In this document: one piece after another, positions 1-10,800 of the stretch
Layout of the letters: every line of letters starts with the position of its first letter
Position numbering within the stretch: position 1 is the first letter of the stretch
Source of the DNA: Anaerohalosphaeraceae bacterium
GTDB taxonomy: Bacteria; Planctomycetota; Phycisphaerae; Sedimentisphaerales; Anaerohalosphaeraceae
DNA length: 64,000 nucleotides
Assembly: GCA_050309605.1 (NCBI GenBank)
Contig: JBNRMN010000082.1
Coordinates: 22,249-86,248 of the forward strand
Direction: 5' to 3'
Notes under the pieces: generated by a model
The model's input: only the letters and a program-made list of their open reading frames with translations
What the model was told of the DNA's origin: nothing
Database searches by the model: none
Made by a program: the position numbers and the translations under genes

Positions 1-125
1 TCCTGGCCGAGCTGGGGCGGATTGATCACGACATCAAGACCGGGCGTACGACGGCGCCGGTAGCCATGGAGCGTCTGGCGATTCATTTGTTCGAAATGCA
101 GCAAAAATCCGGCTCACGTCGATAA
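1..125 (+). CDS. holA: DNA polymerase III delta subunit, C-terminal fragment (truncated by window edge)
   Basis: The frame from base 3 reads LAELGRIDHDIKTGRTTAPVAMERLAIHL...*; L..D..IKTG......E.L is the typical HolA C-terminal helix. Stop TAA at 123-125. Confidence 0.7.
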   Translation, partial: LAELGRIDHDIKTGRTTAPVAMERLAIHLFEMQQKSGSRR

Positions 126-130
126 TTGTG

Positions 131-158
131 TTGAAAATATCTCATGTCCTGTTATATT
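131..158 (+). promoter_or_regulatory. Putative sigma70 promoter for nfnAB
   Basis: TTGAAA-16 nt-TATATT in an AT-rich intergenic region. Confidence 0.4.
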
Positions 159-240
159 TCTTATGCTTATACGTTAAAAAGCATTATTTATAGTGTTACA
201 CGGCAACAGGACATAGTGAACCATATAATAGAGGTTTGAA

Positions 241-1098
241 TTGGCGTACCGAATTATAAATAAAAGTCAACTTTCAGAACATGTGTTCCGGATCGACGTA
301 GTAGCGCCGTTGGTTGCTCAGGCACGCAAGGCCGGGCAGTTTGTGATTGTTTCGCCGGAGGCCGAGGGCGGCGAACGGATTCCGCTGACCATCGCCGGTG
401 CGGACCGAGAAAAAGGAACCATTCGGCTGATCTTTCAGCGAGTGGGCAAAACGACCGCCCAAATGGCTGAAATTCCCGAAGGCGGGACGCTGGGCTATGT
501 GGCCGGGCCGTTGGGGCGTCCGACGCATATCGAAAAGTTTGGTACGGTCGTTTGTGTCGGCGGGGGGATCGGCGTTGCGCCGCTGCTGCCGATTGCCGAG
601 GCGATGAGGGAAGCCGGCAATGCGATTATTTCAATTCTGGGGGCACGAACAAAAGAATTACTGATTCTTGAAGAGGAATTCACGTCACTCAGCGACGAGA
701 CCGTTATTGTAACCGATGACGGCTCATACGGACGCAAGGCCCTGGTGACCGAGCCGCTCCAGGGGGTCTGTGCGCGGCGTCCAAAGCCCGATTTGGCGGT
801 GGCGATCGGCCCGGCGATTATGATGAAATTCTGTTGCGAAATGACCCGCCGGTACAGCGTGCCGACGCAGGTATCGCTCAACACGATCATGGTGGACGGA
901 ACGGGAATGTGCGGCGGCTGCCGCGTAGAGGTCGGCGGGCAGACGCGGTTTGTTTGCGTTGACGGGCCGGAGTTCGACGGCCATCAGGTCAACTTTGATT
1001 TGATGATGCGCCGGATGGACGCCTACAAAGACCTCGAAAAACGTGCTTTGCAACAGTATAAAGACCACCAATGTAAAATCGGACTGGATCAAAAGTAA
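241..1098 (+). CDS. nfnA: NADH-dependent reduced ferredoxin:NADP+ oxidoreductase small subunit (NfnA/SudB, FAD + 2Fe-2S)
   Basis: GERIPLTI, GPLG, VGGGIGVAP and MVDGTGMCGGCRV..CVDGPEFD motifs; TTG start with GAGG RBS; adjacent to a GltD-like gene. Confidence 0.9.
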   Translation: MAYRIINKSQLSEHVFRIDVVAPLVAQARKAGQFVIVSPEAEGGERIPLTIAGADREKGTIRLIFQRVGKTTAQMAEIPEGGTLGYVAGPLGRPTHIEKFGTVVCVGGGIGVAPLLPIAEAMREAGNAIISILGARTKELLILEEEFTSLSDETVIVTDDGSYGRKALVTEPLQGVCARRPKPDLAVAIGPAIMMKFCCEMTRRYSVPTQVSLNTIMVDGTGMCGGCRVEVGGQTRFVCVDGPEFDGHQVNFDLMMRRMDAYKDLEKRALQQYKDHQCKIGLDQK

Positions 1099-1126
1099 CT
1101 ATGCGACTTATCCTGTTGATATCGAT

Positions 1127-2593
1127 ATGAATGAACAAGAAAAATACTTACAGGAATTGTTGACCAAACAGGCCCAGGGTCAGTTAAAACCCAAAGATCG
1201 TTATGCGATTAAGCCGCAGGACATGCCGGCTCAGGACGCCGTGAAGCGGCGTCATACCATGACGGAAGTAGCGCTGGGCTATACCGAAACGCAGGCACGG
1301 CTGGAGGCCATGCGCTGTCTGCAATGTGCCAATGCCCCTTGTGTAGAAGGGTGTCCGGTGCGAATTCGGATTCGGGATTTTATTGTTGAAATCACAAAGG
1401 GGCATTATGACAGGGCACTGGAAATCATCAAGGAAAACTCACTGCTGCCGGCGGTGTGCGGGCGTGTCTGTCCACAGGAAGTGCAGTGTCAGGAACGCTG
1501 CACCGTCGGCAAAAAGTTCAAAGATGTGAATATGAGCGTTTCCATCGGACGTTTGGAGCGGTATGCAGCCGATCTGGCGCATGGCGGCGGACAGACGCCG
1601 GCTGTTGCCCCGCCGACCGGCAAAAAAGTGGCGGTTATCGGTTCCGGACCAGGCGGGATTGTGGTCGCCGCCGATACCCGTCGAGCCGGACATGAGGTAA
1701 CGCTGTTTGAGGCGTTTCACAAGCCCGGCGGCGTGATGGTCTATGGCATTCCCGAATTTCGTCTGCCCAAGGCGATTGTGCAGGAAGAGATCGATGTCCT
1801 GAAAAAGATGGACGTCAACATTGTCTGCAACTTCATTGTCGGGCGGACCCGCACCATCGAACAGTTGATGAAGGAGGATGGTTTTGACGCGGTCTATGTC
1901 GGCGTCGGGGCGGGCCTGCCGAAATTTATGGGCATTGAAGGCGAGCATCTGGTCGGCGTCTATAGCGCCAACGAGTATTTGACGCGGGCCAATCTGATGA
2001 AGGCGTATGAATTCGGCAAAGGCGCCGATACGCCGATTGCGGTCAGCAAAAAGGTCGCGGTACTCGGCGGCGGTAATGTGGCGATGGATGCGGCGCGAAT
2101 GGCCGTGCGGCTGGGCGCCGAGAAGGTGTCTCTGGTGTATCGTCGCAGTGAGACCGAGATGCCGGCCCGTATCGAAGAAGTCCACCACGCTAAAGAAGAA
2201 GGCGTCATTTTCTGCACGCTGCAAAACCCCAAACGCATTCTTGGCAACGACGCCGGTCAGGTGGTCGGGATGGAATGCCTGCGATATGAGCTGGGCGAAC
2301 CGGACGAGTCCGGTCGGCGCCGGCCCGTGGCCATCGGAGGCAGTGAGTTTGTCATGGATGTCGATACCGTCATTGTGGCCATCGGCAACGGAGCCAATCC
2401 GCTGATTCAGCAGACCACGTCGGGGCTGGAATTTAATCAGTGGGGCAATATCGTCGTCGATGAGAACTGCCGCACTTCAATGAAGGGCGTCTATGCCGGC
2501 GGCGACATCGTCCTTGGCGCTGCAACGGTGATTCTGGCCATGGGGCAGGGCCGCATCGCGGCACAAGCCATCAACATCGATTTAGCGAAATAA
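1127..2593 (+). CDS. nfnB: NfnB/SudA large subunit (homotetrameric glutamate synthase GltD-like)
   Basis: EAMRCLQC..PCVEGCPV and CGRVCPQE..C Fe-S motifs; two Rossmann motifs (GSGPGG, GGGNVAMD); AGGDIVLGAATVILAMG. Start moved to ATG 1127. Confidence 0.9.
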   Translation: MNEQEKYLQELLTKQAQGQLKPKDRYAIKPQDMPAQDAVKRRHTMTEVALGYTETQARLEAMRCLQCANAPCVEGCPVRIRIRDFIVEITKGHYDRALEIIKENSLLPAVCGRVCPQEVQCQERCTVGKKFKDVNMSVSIGRLERYAADLAHGGGQTPAVAPPTGKKVAVIGSGPGGIVVAADTRRAGHEVTLFEAFHKPGGVMVYGIPEFRLPKAIVQEEIDVLKKMDVNIVCNFIVGRTRTIEQLMKEDGFDAVYVGVGAGLPKFMGIEGEHLVGVYSANEYLTRANLMKAYEFGKGADTPIAVSKKVAVLGGGNVAMDAARMAVRLGAEKVSLVYRRSETEMPARIEEVHHAKEEGVIFCTLQNPKRILGNDAGQVVGMECLRYELGEPDESGRRRPVAIGGSEFVMDVDTVIVAIGNGANPLIQQTTSGLEFNQWGNIVVDENCRTSMKGVYAGGDIVLGAATVILAMGQGRIAAQAINIDLAK

Positions 2594-2656
2594 AGACAAC
2601 GCTTAAGGCTAACATCCATAGCAAGCCCTGTCGGTCGGCTTCGTGTTGAACGATTG

Positions 2657-4678
2657 TTATGTGTTGTGGATAAGCTGCCAGGCTCGCAGGACCTCGGCGA
2701 CGCTCCAGGCTTGGGCAAATGCGCCTCGCGGCTTGTGCGGCGGGTCGCCTTCAAAGATTTCGGAGATCGATCCGATACAGGCTTCCTCTTCAAGGTGTCG
2801 CAGCAGCGGCGCCAGCCAGGTGCGACACCTGCGTTTGGCCTCGTCGCTGAAGTCATTGACCTTTAAGTAGGCCTCAATGAACGGTCCGATCAGCCACGCC
2901 CAGACGGTCCCCTGATGATACGCCGCGTCGCGCTGTCCCTGATGGCCGAAATAGTGCCCTTTATACCGTGGATCGATCGGCGCCAGTGTTCTTAATCCGC
3001 GCGACGTGAGCAGTTCCCATTGCACGGCGTCCACTACGTTTTGCTGCTTGGGTCTGTCCAGCGGGCAGTACGGCAGCGAAACCGCCAAAATCTGGTTGGG
3101 ACGTAGGCTCGCATCAGCCGTTCCGTTCGGCAGGACACAGTCGTTCAGATAGCCGACTTGTCCGTTCCAGAACACACGATTAAAACTCTCGGCCACCTGC
3201 TCGGCCAGCTCGGCGTAAAAACGGGCGTTTTCGGCCTGTCGATTTTTATAGTATTTGGCCAGATGACACAGGGCATTATACCACAGGGCGTTGACTTCGA
3301 CCGCTTTGCCGTGTCGCGGCGTAAAGCAGATGCCGTCGAATTTGGCGTCCATCCAGGTCAGTTGCGTGTGAGCGTCGCCGCCGGTGACCAGTTTATCGCT
3401 GTCGGTATGGATACCAAACCGCGTGCCGCGACGGTAAGATTCGACAATCCACTTGACGGCGGGCAGAAGCGTTTTGGAAAAACGTCTGACATTGCCGGTT
3501 TCCTTGAGCCACGCAAACGCCGCGTGGATAAACCACAGTGATGCATCAATGCTGTTGTAATGCGGCTCATTGCCGTAGTCGTCGAAACGATTGGGGATCA
3601 TTCCTTCGCTGACAGCGCCGGCGAACGTCTTAAGCACACCCCAGGCCGTCTCGGTTCGACCGGTGCACAGACATAATCCTTCCAGCGCGATAAAGGTATC
3701 CCGTCCCCAATCCAGAAACCACGGGTAACCGGCGATGATGGTCGGCGCGGTCTCGTTGTGAATGACACGTTCGGTAACAAACTGGCCCGCAGCCGAAAAC
3801 AGATGCCGACTGACGGTATCGTGCGGATCACAGACCGCCAGCAATTCCTTTTCACGCAGACGCAGTGCGTCAACGGCGACGTCAATATCCAGCGCTTCCA
3901 GTTCGGCGGCGCTGACTTGATCCGTTAAGGCCGCCCAAAGGACAAGGCGCCTCGGCCCGCTGATTCGGGCGGTATAGACCCCCGGCGACCACAAATCTTC
4001 ATAACAGTCCTGTCCCCGAAAACGTTCCGTGCGATACAAAAACCGATACCACCATTGCGGCTCGGCGGTATAGTCCATTCCCTCGCCGCGCAGCATCAAC
4101 TTGCCGTTTTGTGCGTTGTCGGTTTCAATCACCACGTTACACGGATCGACGGTCACGCTCTTAAACGCGGCGGTATTGTTCTGAAGGCTGTGAAAATCGC
4201 GCAGCGCCGCAAACGGACGCACTGTCAATTCGAACCCCGCACAGACATCGCTGAATTCATAAACAACCGCCGCTGCATCGGAATCCGGCAGCAGATAAAT
4301 CGATTTGGTCAGATTCGCAATGCCCAGTTCGTAATCGAAATGGACTCCGAGATGTTTTCGAAAGGCGGTTTGATATTCATATCCGCGGGGATGAAGCGTA
4401 CGGTCAAATTCAAATGTGCTCAGGGCAATGGTATTGTCGCTGCACGTAACGGTTTCCAGACAGTTGGACAAAGCGGCGATGCGATTGGCCGGCGGCAGGT
4501 GCGTTCCGACAAGCAGACCATGATAGCGACGGGTGTTGCAGCCGATTGCCGTGCCGCTTGCAAACCCCGCGCGACTATTAGTCAGGAGCCATTCTTTGGC
4601 CAGCAATTCATCTGCGCTGTAACGCGGCGTCAACACCGTCAGCGCATCCGATTCGGTTCGATTGTTCGTTCGTTCCAT
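2657..4678 (-). CDS. Amylo-alpha-1,6-glucosidase / glycogen debranching enzyme (GH133-like)
   Basis: EWLLTN..G, TRRYHGLL, IAGYPWFLDWGRDTFI, LTWMDAK, PRHGKAVEVNALW, YHQGTVWAW, AQAWSVAE. Confidence 0.9.
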   Translation of the reverse strand: MERTNNRTESDALTVLTPRYSADELLAKEWLLTNSRAGFASGTAIGCNTRRYHGLLVGTHLPPANRIAALSNCLETVTCSDNTIALSTFEFDRTLHPRGYEYQTAFRKHLGVHFDYELGIANLTKSIYLLPDSDAAAVVYEFSDVCAGFELTVRPFAALRDFHSLQNNTAAFKSVTVDPCNVVIETDNAQNGKLMLRGEGMDYTAEPQWWYRFLYRTERFRGQDCYEDLWSPGVYTARISGPRRLVLWAALTDQVSAAELEALDIDVAVDALRLREKELLAVCDPHDTVSRHLFSAAGQFVTERVIHNETAPTIIAGYPWFLDWGRDTFIALEGLCLCTGRTETAWGVLKTFAGAVSEGMIPNRFDDYGNEPHYNSIDASLWFIHAAFAWLKETGNVRRFSKTLLPAVKWIVESYRRGTRFGIHTDSDKLVTGGDAHTQLTWMDAKFDGICFTPRHGKAVEVNALWYNALCHLAKYYKNRQAENARFYAELAEQVAESFNRVFWNGQVGYLNDCVLPNGTADASLRPNQILAVSLPYCPLDRPKQQNVVDAVQWELLTSRGLRTLAPIDPRYKGHYFGHQGQRDAAYHQGTVWAWLIGPFIEAYLKVNDFSDEAKRRCRTWLAPLLRHLEEEACIGSISEIFEGDPPHKPRGAFAQAWSVAEVLRAWQLIHNT

Positions 4679-4723
4679 AGGCGTTCCCTGCCTGACGGTG
4701 TTCCATCTCCCCCGAAGACGACG

Positions 4724-5944
4724 CTATGAGATGTGTTCTGCCGGCTGCCGGGGGCTGCTGATGAACGACTGACCGCACCGTTCTTTCAAATTGTTCAGTA
4801 CGTTCATAAAGTTAATGTACGAGTCATAAGGCGATTCGTAGGGATTGAAGTATTTATGCACATCGCCGTCCGAGAAGTACTTGGTGCACATATAGTAAAA
4901 GTGATCCGAGGTCTGAAGTTTTCGCCAATCATCAAGGAGTTCCTGATTGCAGGTTTGTTTGACGAGTTTTTCCAGTTTATATACCTCGTGAAGCGCATTG
5001 GACTGCATCGCGTTGCCCAGCCACGCCGACAGATCGCGTTCCATATCGGCCCAACTGATGATATGCGGCACATCAATCACATCAACCGGTTCAAAGGCGT
5101 CGATGACTTCGCTGGGGGTCTTAAAGTCATTGTCAGGGTGTTTAAGGATTTCTTCGGGCAGATGACGCATAAAATCAAATATGCCGGTGTCCTGCCACTG
5201 GTGCTCGCCGAAAGTTTCATAATCCATAAACAGATTGACGACCTGGCCGTTGCCGTTGACCTTATTGATCCAGCCGGCAAATTTATCGGCCATCAGCGGG
5301 TATTCCTTCCAGTTGCGATTGCCGAAGCGAAACGCGATATCGTCGCTGAGCGAGTAGTTTTTCAATAGCAGCCTCAAGCGGTTACAGCCGACCGGGCGAT
5401 AGACAAAATTGCTGTTGCGATGGCCCAGAATATGGTCGGCGCCTTCAGTAATAATGCCGTCAAACCGGTCAACCGATTCGATGATCTCGGCCAGCCGGTT
5501 ATTGTAAATCAGCTCCGTGTTGCGAAAGACACGAACGTTTTGGCCGAACAGCCGTTCCATGGTGTCGGTATGTTTGTTGATTTGCTCAAGAAAATCGTCG
5601 CGCGAATACAGAAAGCTGAGGCTGTGGTAGTAGGTCTCGGCCAGAAACTCCACACATCCCGTATCGGCCAAGGCATCAAAGGTACTCATCACCTCCGGAC
5701 AGTATTTCTGAAATTGCTCGATGACCACGCCGGTCAGACTGAAGGCTATCCGAAACCGTCCCTCATTGCGTCGGATCACATCCAGCAGCAGCCGATTGGT
5801 CGGCAGGTAACATTTGTTGGCGACTTTGCGGCAGATCGACGCATTTTTGAACTCGTCAAAATAACGCGGCGAACGATCAAAGACCGTATAATGCCGAAGC
5901 CGAAACGGTTGATGAACCTGGAAATAAAAACAAACCGACGCCAT
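4724..5944 (-). CDS. Glycoside hydrolase family 57 (alpha-amylase-like)
   Basis: FQVHQP, ETYYHSL, FRNTELIY, DYETFGEH, SWAD.ERDLSAWLGN, TSDHFYYM. Confidence 0.9.
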   Translation of the reverse strand: MASVCFYFQVHQPFRLRHYTVFDRSPRYFDEFKNASICRKVANKCYLPTNRLLLDVIRRNEGRFRIAFSLTGVVIEQFQKYCPEVMSTFDALADTGCVEFLAETYYHSLSFLYSRDDFLEQINKHTDTMERLFGQNVRVFRNTELIYNNRLAEIIESVDRFDGIITEGADHILGHRNSNFVYRPVGCNRLRLLLKNYSLSDDIAFRFGNRNWKEYPLMADKFAGWINKVNGNGQVVNLFMDYETFGEHQWQDTGIFDFMRHLPEEILKHPDNDFKTPSEVIDAFEPVDVIDVPHIISWADMERDLSAWLGNAMQSNALHEVYKLEKLVKQTCNQELLDDWRKLQTSDHFYYMCTKYFSDGDVHKYFNPYESPYDSYINFMNVLNNLKERCGQSFISSPRQPAEHIS

Positions 5945-5981
5945 AGCAGCACCCTCAATTGTTCAAATCCGATTTTGTTAT

Positions 5982-7325
5982 TCAGACGTGCTGAAACAGT
6001 TCGTTATAGACTTTCACACATTTCTGCGCCGCACCGGACCAGCGAAGCCGACGTACTTCAAAATTACCGTGTTCCCGCAGTGTCAACTGAAGCGGCGGGT
6101 ACTTCAATACGGCGATGATTTTGTTGGCCATCTCGGTGACATCCCAGAAATCCACCTTCAGCACGTGCGTCAGGACCTCCGCAACGCCGCTTTGCTTGCT
6201 GATCAGAACCGGCACATCATAGTTCAATGCCTCCAGCGGGGCGATGCCGAACGGCTCGGAAACAGACGGCATCACGTACAAATCGGACATCTGATAGACC
6301 TGCTGAACATCTTTGCCGCGAAGAAAGCCGGTAAACAGCACTTTATGGCCGATGCCCATCTGAGCGGCCATCTCGATGATTCGGTGCATCATATCGCCGG
6401 TGCCGGCCATCACGAACTTGACATTCTCGATTTCTTCAAGCACTTTTCGAGCCGCCATCAGGAAATATTCAGGTCCTTTTTGCATGGTGATGCGGCCCAG
6501 GAAAAGTACGATTTTTTCATCGCTTCGAATACCGATTTTGTTGAACGCGGTGCGATTGTCATTATTTTGCTCGACGCCGTTATACACCACCTCGACTTTG
6601 TCGCCGAGCACGCCATAACGGCTGATGATAATGTTGCGCGTCAGATAGCTGACGGCGATGACCTTGCGTGCCGCGTGCATACCGCGACGTTCAATATCGT
6701 AAATCATCTGGTTGACATGCTCGCCGCTGCGGTCAAATTCGGTTGAATGCACGTGAACCACCAGCGGCTTGCCTGTGACAGCGGCCACGGCGATGCCGGC
6801 CGGGAACGTCATCCAGTCATGCGCATGAATCACATCAAACTCTTCCTGCAACGCCAAACGTGCGGCCGCGGCGGCATAACGATGGACTTCCGTGTACATA
6901 TCGCCGCTGTATTGACCGGCGCCGATCGATTCATGGGCCAGGTTTTCCCATTGCTGAAGCGCCAAGGCCCGTTCGCTGTCCGAAAAACCGCCTTCTTCGT
7001 TCTTTTGCTGAATGATTTCTTTGATCTTCTGCTGATAGTACTCCGGCGTTGTGTAGGGCTGCATCGACGAGGCGATCGAGTGGAACGTGACATGCTCCAG
7101 GCCGACCATGGTACCGGCGTCCGATTTCGATGTCTCAAAATCGCGAATCTGAGACGGGCTGAGCATTTTGACGTGTGAGGCCTGGGGCGATTCAATCGGC
7201 TTGGGCAATACAAAGACAATGTCCTGTCCCAATTCACTCAAAGCCCGCGTCAACCCATGACAGGCTGTCCCCAGACCTCCGCTGATATACGGCGGAAATT
7301 CCCAGCCAAGCATGAAGATTCTCAT
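5982..7325 (-). CDS. GT4/GT5-like glycosyltransferase (putative alpha-glucan synthase)
   Basis: GWEFPP..SGGLG, HAHDW, HVHSTEFDR, PSVSEPFGIAPLEA; ATG at 7325 lies 7 nt after GGAG. Confidence 0.85.
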   Translation of the reverse strand: MRIFMLGWEFPPYISGGLGTACHGLTRALSELGQDIVFVLPKPIESPQASHVKMLSPSQIRDFETSKSDAGTMVGLEHVTFHSIASSMQPYTTPEYYQQKIKEIIQQKNEEGGFSDSERALALQQWENLAHESIGAGQYSGDMYTEVHRYAAAAARLALQEEFDVIHAHDWMTFPAGIAVAAVTGKPLVVHVHSTEFDRSGEHVNQMIYDIERRGMHAARKVIAVSYLTRNIIISRYGVLGDKVEVVYNGVEQNNDNRTAFNKIGIRSDEKIVLFLGRITMQKGPEYFLMAARKVLEEIENVKFVMAGTGDMMHRIIEMAAQMGIGHKVLFTGFLRGKDVQQVYQMSDLYVMPSVSEPFGIAPLEALNYDVPVLISKQSGVAEVLTHVLKVDFWDVTEMANKIIAVLKYPPLQLTLREHGNFEVRRLRWSGAAQKCVKVYNELFQHV

Positions 7326-7567
7326 AACCATACTCCGCAATAGTTGTGCGCCTTCACGTGTTTGGAACAGTTAAAATCCATTTCTCTGTCCGGCAGCAAA
7401 AGAGTTAAATTGTCTAAAAATTAAGACATCGCGAATATTATAATTGATGATTATCGGGACGTCTATAGAATTATACAAAAAATGTTTCAATTTCGACGGC
7501 ACGATTTATGGTGTCGAAACGGCGTGAGGCGTCATAAAGACCTACACCGATACCGGACAAAAAATAA

Positions 7568-7640
7568 TGGGTGAGCTGGGACTCGAACCCAGGACCTACG
7601 GCTTAAAAGGCCGTTGCTCTGCCGGCTGAGCTACTCACCC
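7568..7640 (-). tRNA. tRNA-Lys (TTT)
   Basis: Acceptor stem GGGTGAG/CTCACCC-A, D-arm TAGCTCAGCCGGCAGAGC, anticodon arm ACGGC-CTTTTAA-GCCGT, T-loop GGTTCGAGTCC; CCA not encoded. Confidence 0.95.
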
Positions 7641-7856
7641 TTATTCTAAAGAGAGCTATGAGGTCGTTTTATGTCAAATAACAGAAATAAAAAAAGCCGG
7701 AAGACCCATTCCGACAAATTTTCGCTTACCCTACACAAAACAGGTCAGCATTGCAAGAAAATTTAAGGGAAAATTAAGATTATAGCATCTTTTCAGGAAT
7801 TTTTTCTATCCGATTCTTTATTATCTGTCATTGTCCCAAAGTTTGCCGATGTTGGG

Positions 7857-10800
7857 CTAATCGAACAGCAGATTGATATTGGCCGCCGAGGTGTGCGGAT
7901 CGCCTTCGAAACCGCCGAGCGAAACCAGGCGCACAAAACGGCCCATTCGCGGCATATCAAATCGTATCGTTTGAAGGGCGGCATTATTTTCAAACCTTCC
8001 CTTGGCTGCCGGCAGGCCCCACGCGGCCGGGTCGGTACTGACATACACTTCGTACTCGGCGATCCGACCGTTTGAGTTGCCGTCCTGCCGCGGCAGGTAA
8101 GTCAAACCGGTAAGTGACACTGGCCGGCTCAGCTCAATTTGGATTTGATGAGGACGCGGCGTTGTCTGAGGCGACCAGCGCGTATGCCACATGGTGGTCG
8201 GATCGCCGTCGATGGCTTTCTGACCTTCATAGCCGGACTGATCACTGCTGGTGTAGATGACTTTGGCGTTGAGCTTTTCCAGCAGTGTCAGCTCTCGGAA
8301 CAGACCGTTGACCGCTTCGACGCTTAGCTTTGTTGTAGGACGAAAGTCTGCTGAGTCCATATAGTTCAGCAGGCTGCGGCGAAGTTGCCCGGCGACAGGG
8401 CGGTTTTCAAGGTCACTGTCAATGTCCATACTGCACACCAGCAGTTTTCCGTTTTCGACTGCGGCCTCGAAGATCAATCCCAGGCTGCGGCACAGATTCC
8501 AGTCGTCGATCACCCTTACCAGCGGCTCAATATCAATGCCCAGGTCATTTAGCACGATCGGTTTGGAATGATCCAGCAACTCCCACCACTGCCAGTTGCT
8601 GTGAAAATCCGTCGGGAAATTTCTGAAGGCCGGGTGTCTCGGATCGCACAAAATACCCATTGTATGCTCTTTCTGGGTCGGAAAGGTGATGCGGTTCCAG
8701 AAAATCGGGCGAAATGTCCCCAGGGTGTCGCTTTTTAGACGATTGGCCGGAGGCGTCAGCAGCACGGTGCCGCCGTCTGTGAGTATTGCGACGGCCTTTT
8801 CATCAAGCTGCTCAGCCTGATGAACCGATGCCGGCGCCGGGGGTGTCTTGTGTGCTGGATAGACCCAAAACTCCCAGTCATTGGTGATATCGGTCTCTTT
8901 CAGCGCAATTTCGAGAATCAGCTTTTGCGGCTGTGTGAACCGTTCCAGCGGCAAGCGAATTGCTCCCAGTGTCGTCAGACCGCCGGTGGGAGTCGTTTTT
9001 TGCGGCAATCTGCCGGAGGCCTTGACCCGCCCGGCCTGATCGCGCACCGTCCAGAATCCTTCGGCGTTGATCGCGGTCGGGCCGTAATGTGCCACATCGA
9101 CGGTGGCCTCAAATATCTCGGAGCTGTAAAACGTTTTCTTGTTCATACGTGCCAGCGGAACGGTTGGGCCGCAGAACCGGCTGAACGCTTCGGCCGATAC
9201 ATAGCCTTTGGGTTCCCAGAAACAGTCCAGCACGCCGACCGGAGCGGTGCCCTGGCCGGGAAAATCATGCAGATCCAGTAATTGAAAGCCGCCGAATCCC
9301 GGCGTGCGCAGAGCGGCCTCGATTTCCTGCTTGTAAAGACGCACCTGAAACATCCCGGAAGCCATGAAGAAATCGTGACCCAGGTGCAGCAAACCGGCTT
9401 GATTGAGCATATCGCGGGCAATTTCGATGTTGCCGCCGCGCAGGACGCCGTCGTATTTGAACCGCTCGGCCGGATTGGGATATACACACCATTGGCCGAT
9501 CTCGTGGCTGATGACGGGGACATCATAACGGTTCACATGATCGCGGTAGTCCGTGGCGGTCTGCGGGCGTTCGTTTAGCCGCAGTGTCGGATATTGCTGA
9601 AGGCGTGGATATTGCATCACGTGAAATTCGTTGGCCCCAATGGCCGGCCAGCCGGAGCCGCCGGTATAATATCGACGGCTGTCCTGGTCCGACCAGGTTT
9701 GAATCAAGCGGGCCAGAAAGGTATCGCGCGTCTCGCCATGCGGGTGCGGTTCATTGGCCGGCGCCATCAAAATAAATGACGGATGGTTACCGTAGGCCTT
9801 GAGCATCCGGTCGCCTTCCTCATAAATCCAGGTATCCACCGGTGTGCCCTGTCCCACACGCGGCCATGTGGAGGCCTCGGCTTGAATGAACACCCCCATT
9901 TCGTCAGCGGCCTCAAAAGCGGCTTTCGGTGGACACCACGAATGAAACCGCAGATGGTTCAGCCCATGCGCCTGAATAATGCGCATGATGCGTTTCCAGG
10001 ACACCGTGTCCATCGGCGGATAACCAGTCTTGGGAAAGATAGCACATTCGAGTGTGCCGCGTAAAAAGAGGCGCCGTCCGTTGATAGTAAATTGTGTGCC
10101 ATCCTGACCCAATTGGCGCATTCCGAAGGTCACCGTATGCTCAATGGGTTCCGGTTGGCCATTGGGAGCAAAGGTTAAAGTCAGTCGGTACAGAGCCGGC
10201 GAGAATTCGTCCCAAAGCTGAACGTCCCGGCCCATGGCATACTCGATCTCAAACCGTCGCTTATCAGGGGGTAATTTCAGCGGTACGGTTTGCTCCGGTA
10301 CGCGGTGCGTCGCGGGGCTGTTAAAACTTTCCGCACGCAGCTTCAGCATTCCCTCAAGGGGTTCGGAGCAGGCCGTGCCCAGCGCAGCCGAAATTGTTAT
10401 TGTCCGGGCTTTCACATCAGGATAGACCTGCACATCCGAAAACCAAATCGCCGGATTCTGCGCAAGCAGGCCAATGTCGCCGATGATGCCGTTCCAGTTG
10501 GTTTGTGTCTGGTCAGAGACGCTGTGGGCGTCATTCCCAACCGGAACCAGCACGCGATTGTCCACACGTATCGTCAGCCGGTGTCGGCCGGGACTGAGCA
10601 TGTCCGTCAGGACATATTCATGGGGCGTGCCGAGGCTGTTCTGTGTTCCGACGAGGGTATCGTTGACCCATACGGTTGTCTGCCAGTGCGGCCGTTCCAG
10701 GTGGAGAACAACCCGACTTCCCTTCCAGTCCTGGGGGATTGTTACCGACCGCTGATACCATGCCGGGCCGACATAATGTCGTTTTGGGGTCAGCCAGAAG

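Noticed and set aside
1043..2593. Glutamate synthase small subunit gltD
   Set aside because: There is no gltB; pairing with an NfnA-type gene favours NfnB.
7491..7519. Inverted repeat TTTCGAC...GTCGAAA downstream of tRNA-Lys
   Set aside because: Short arms and no U-tract; cannot be called a terminator or operator.
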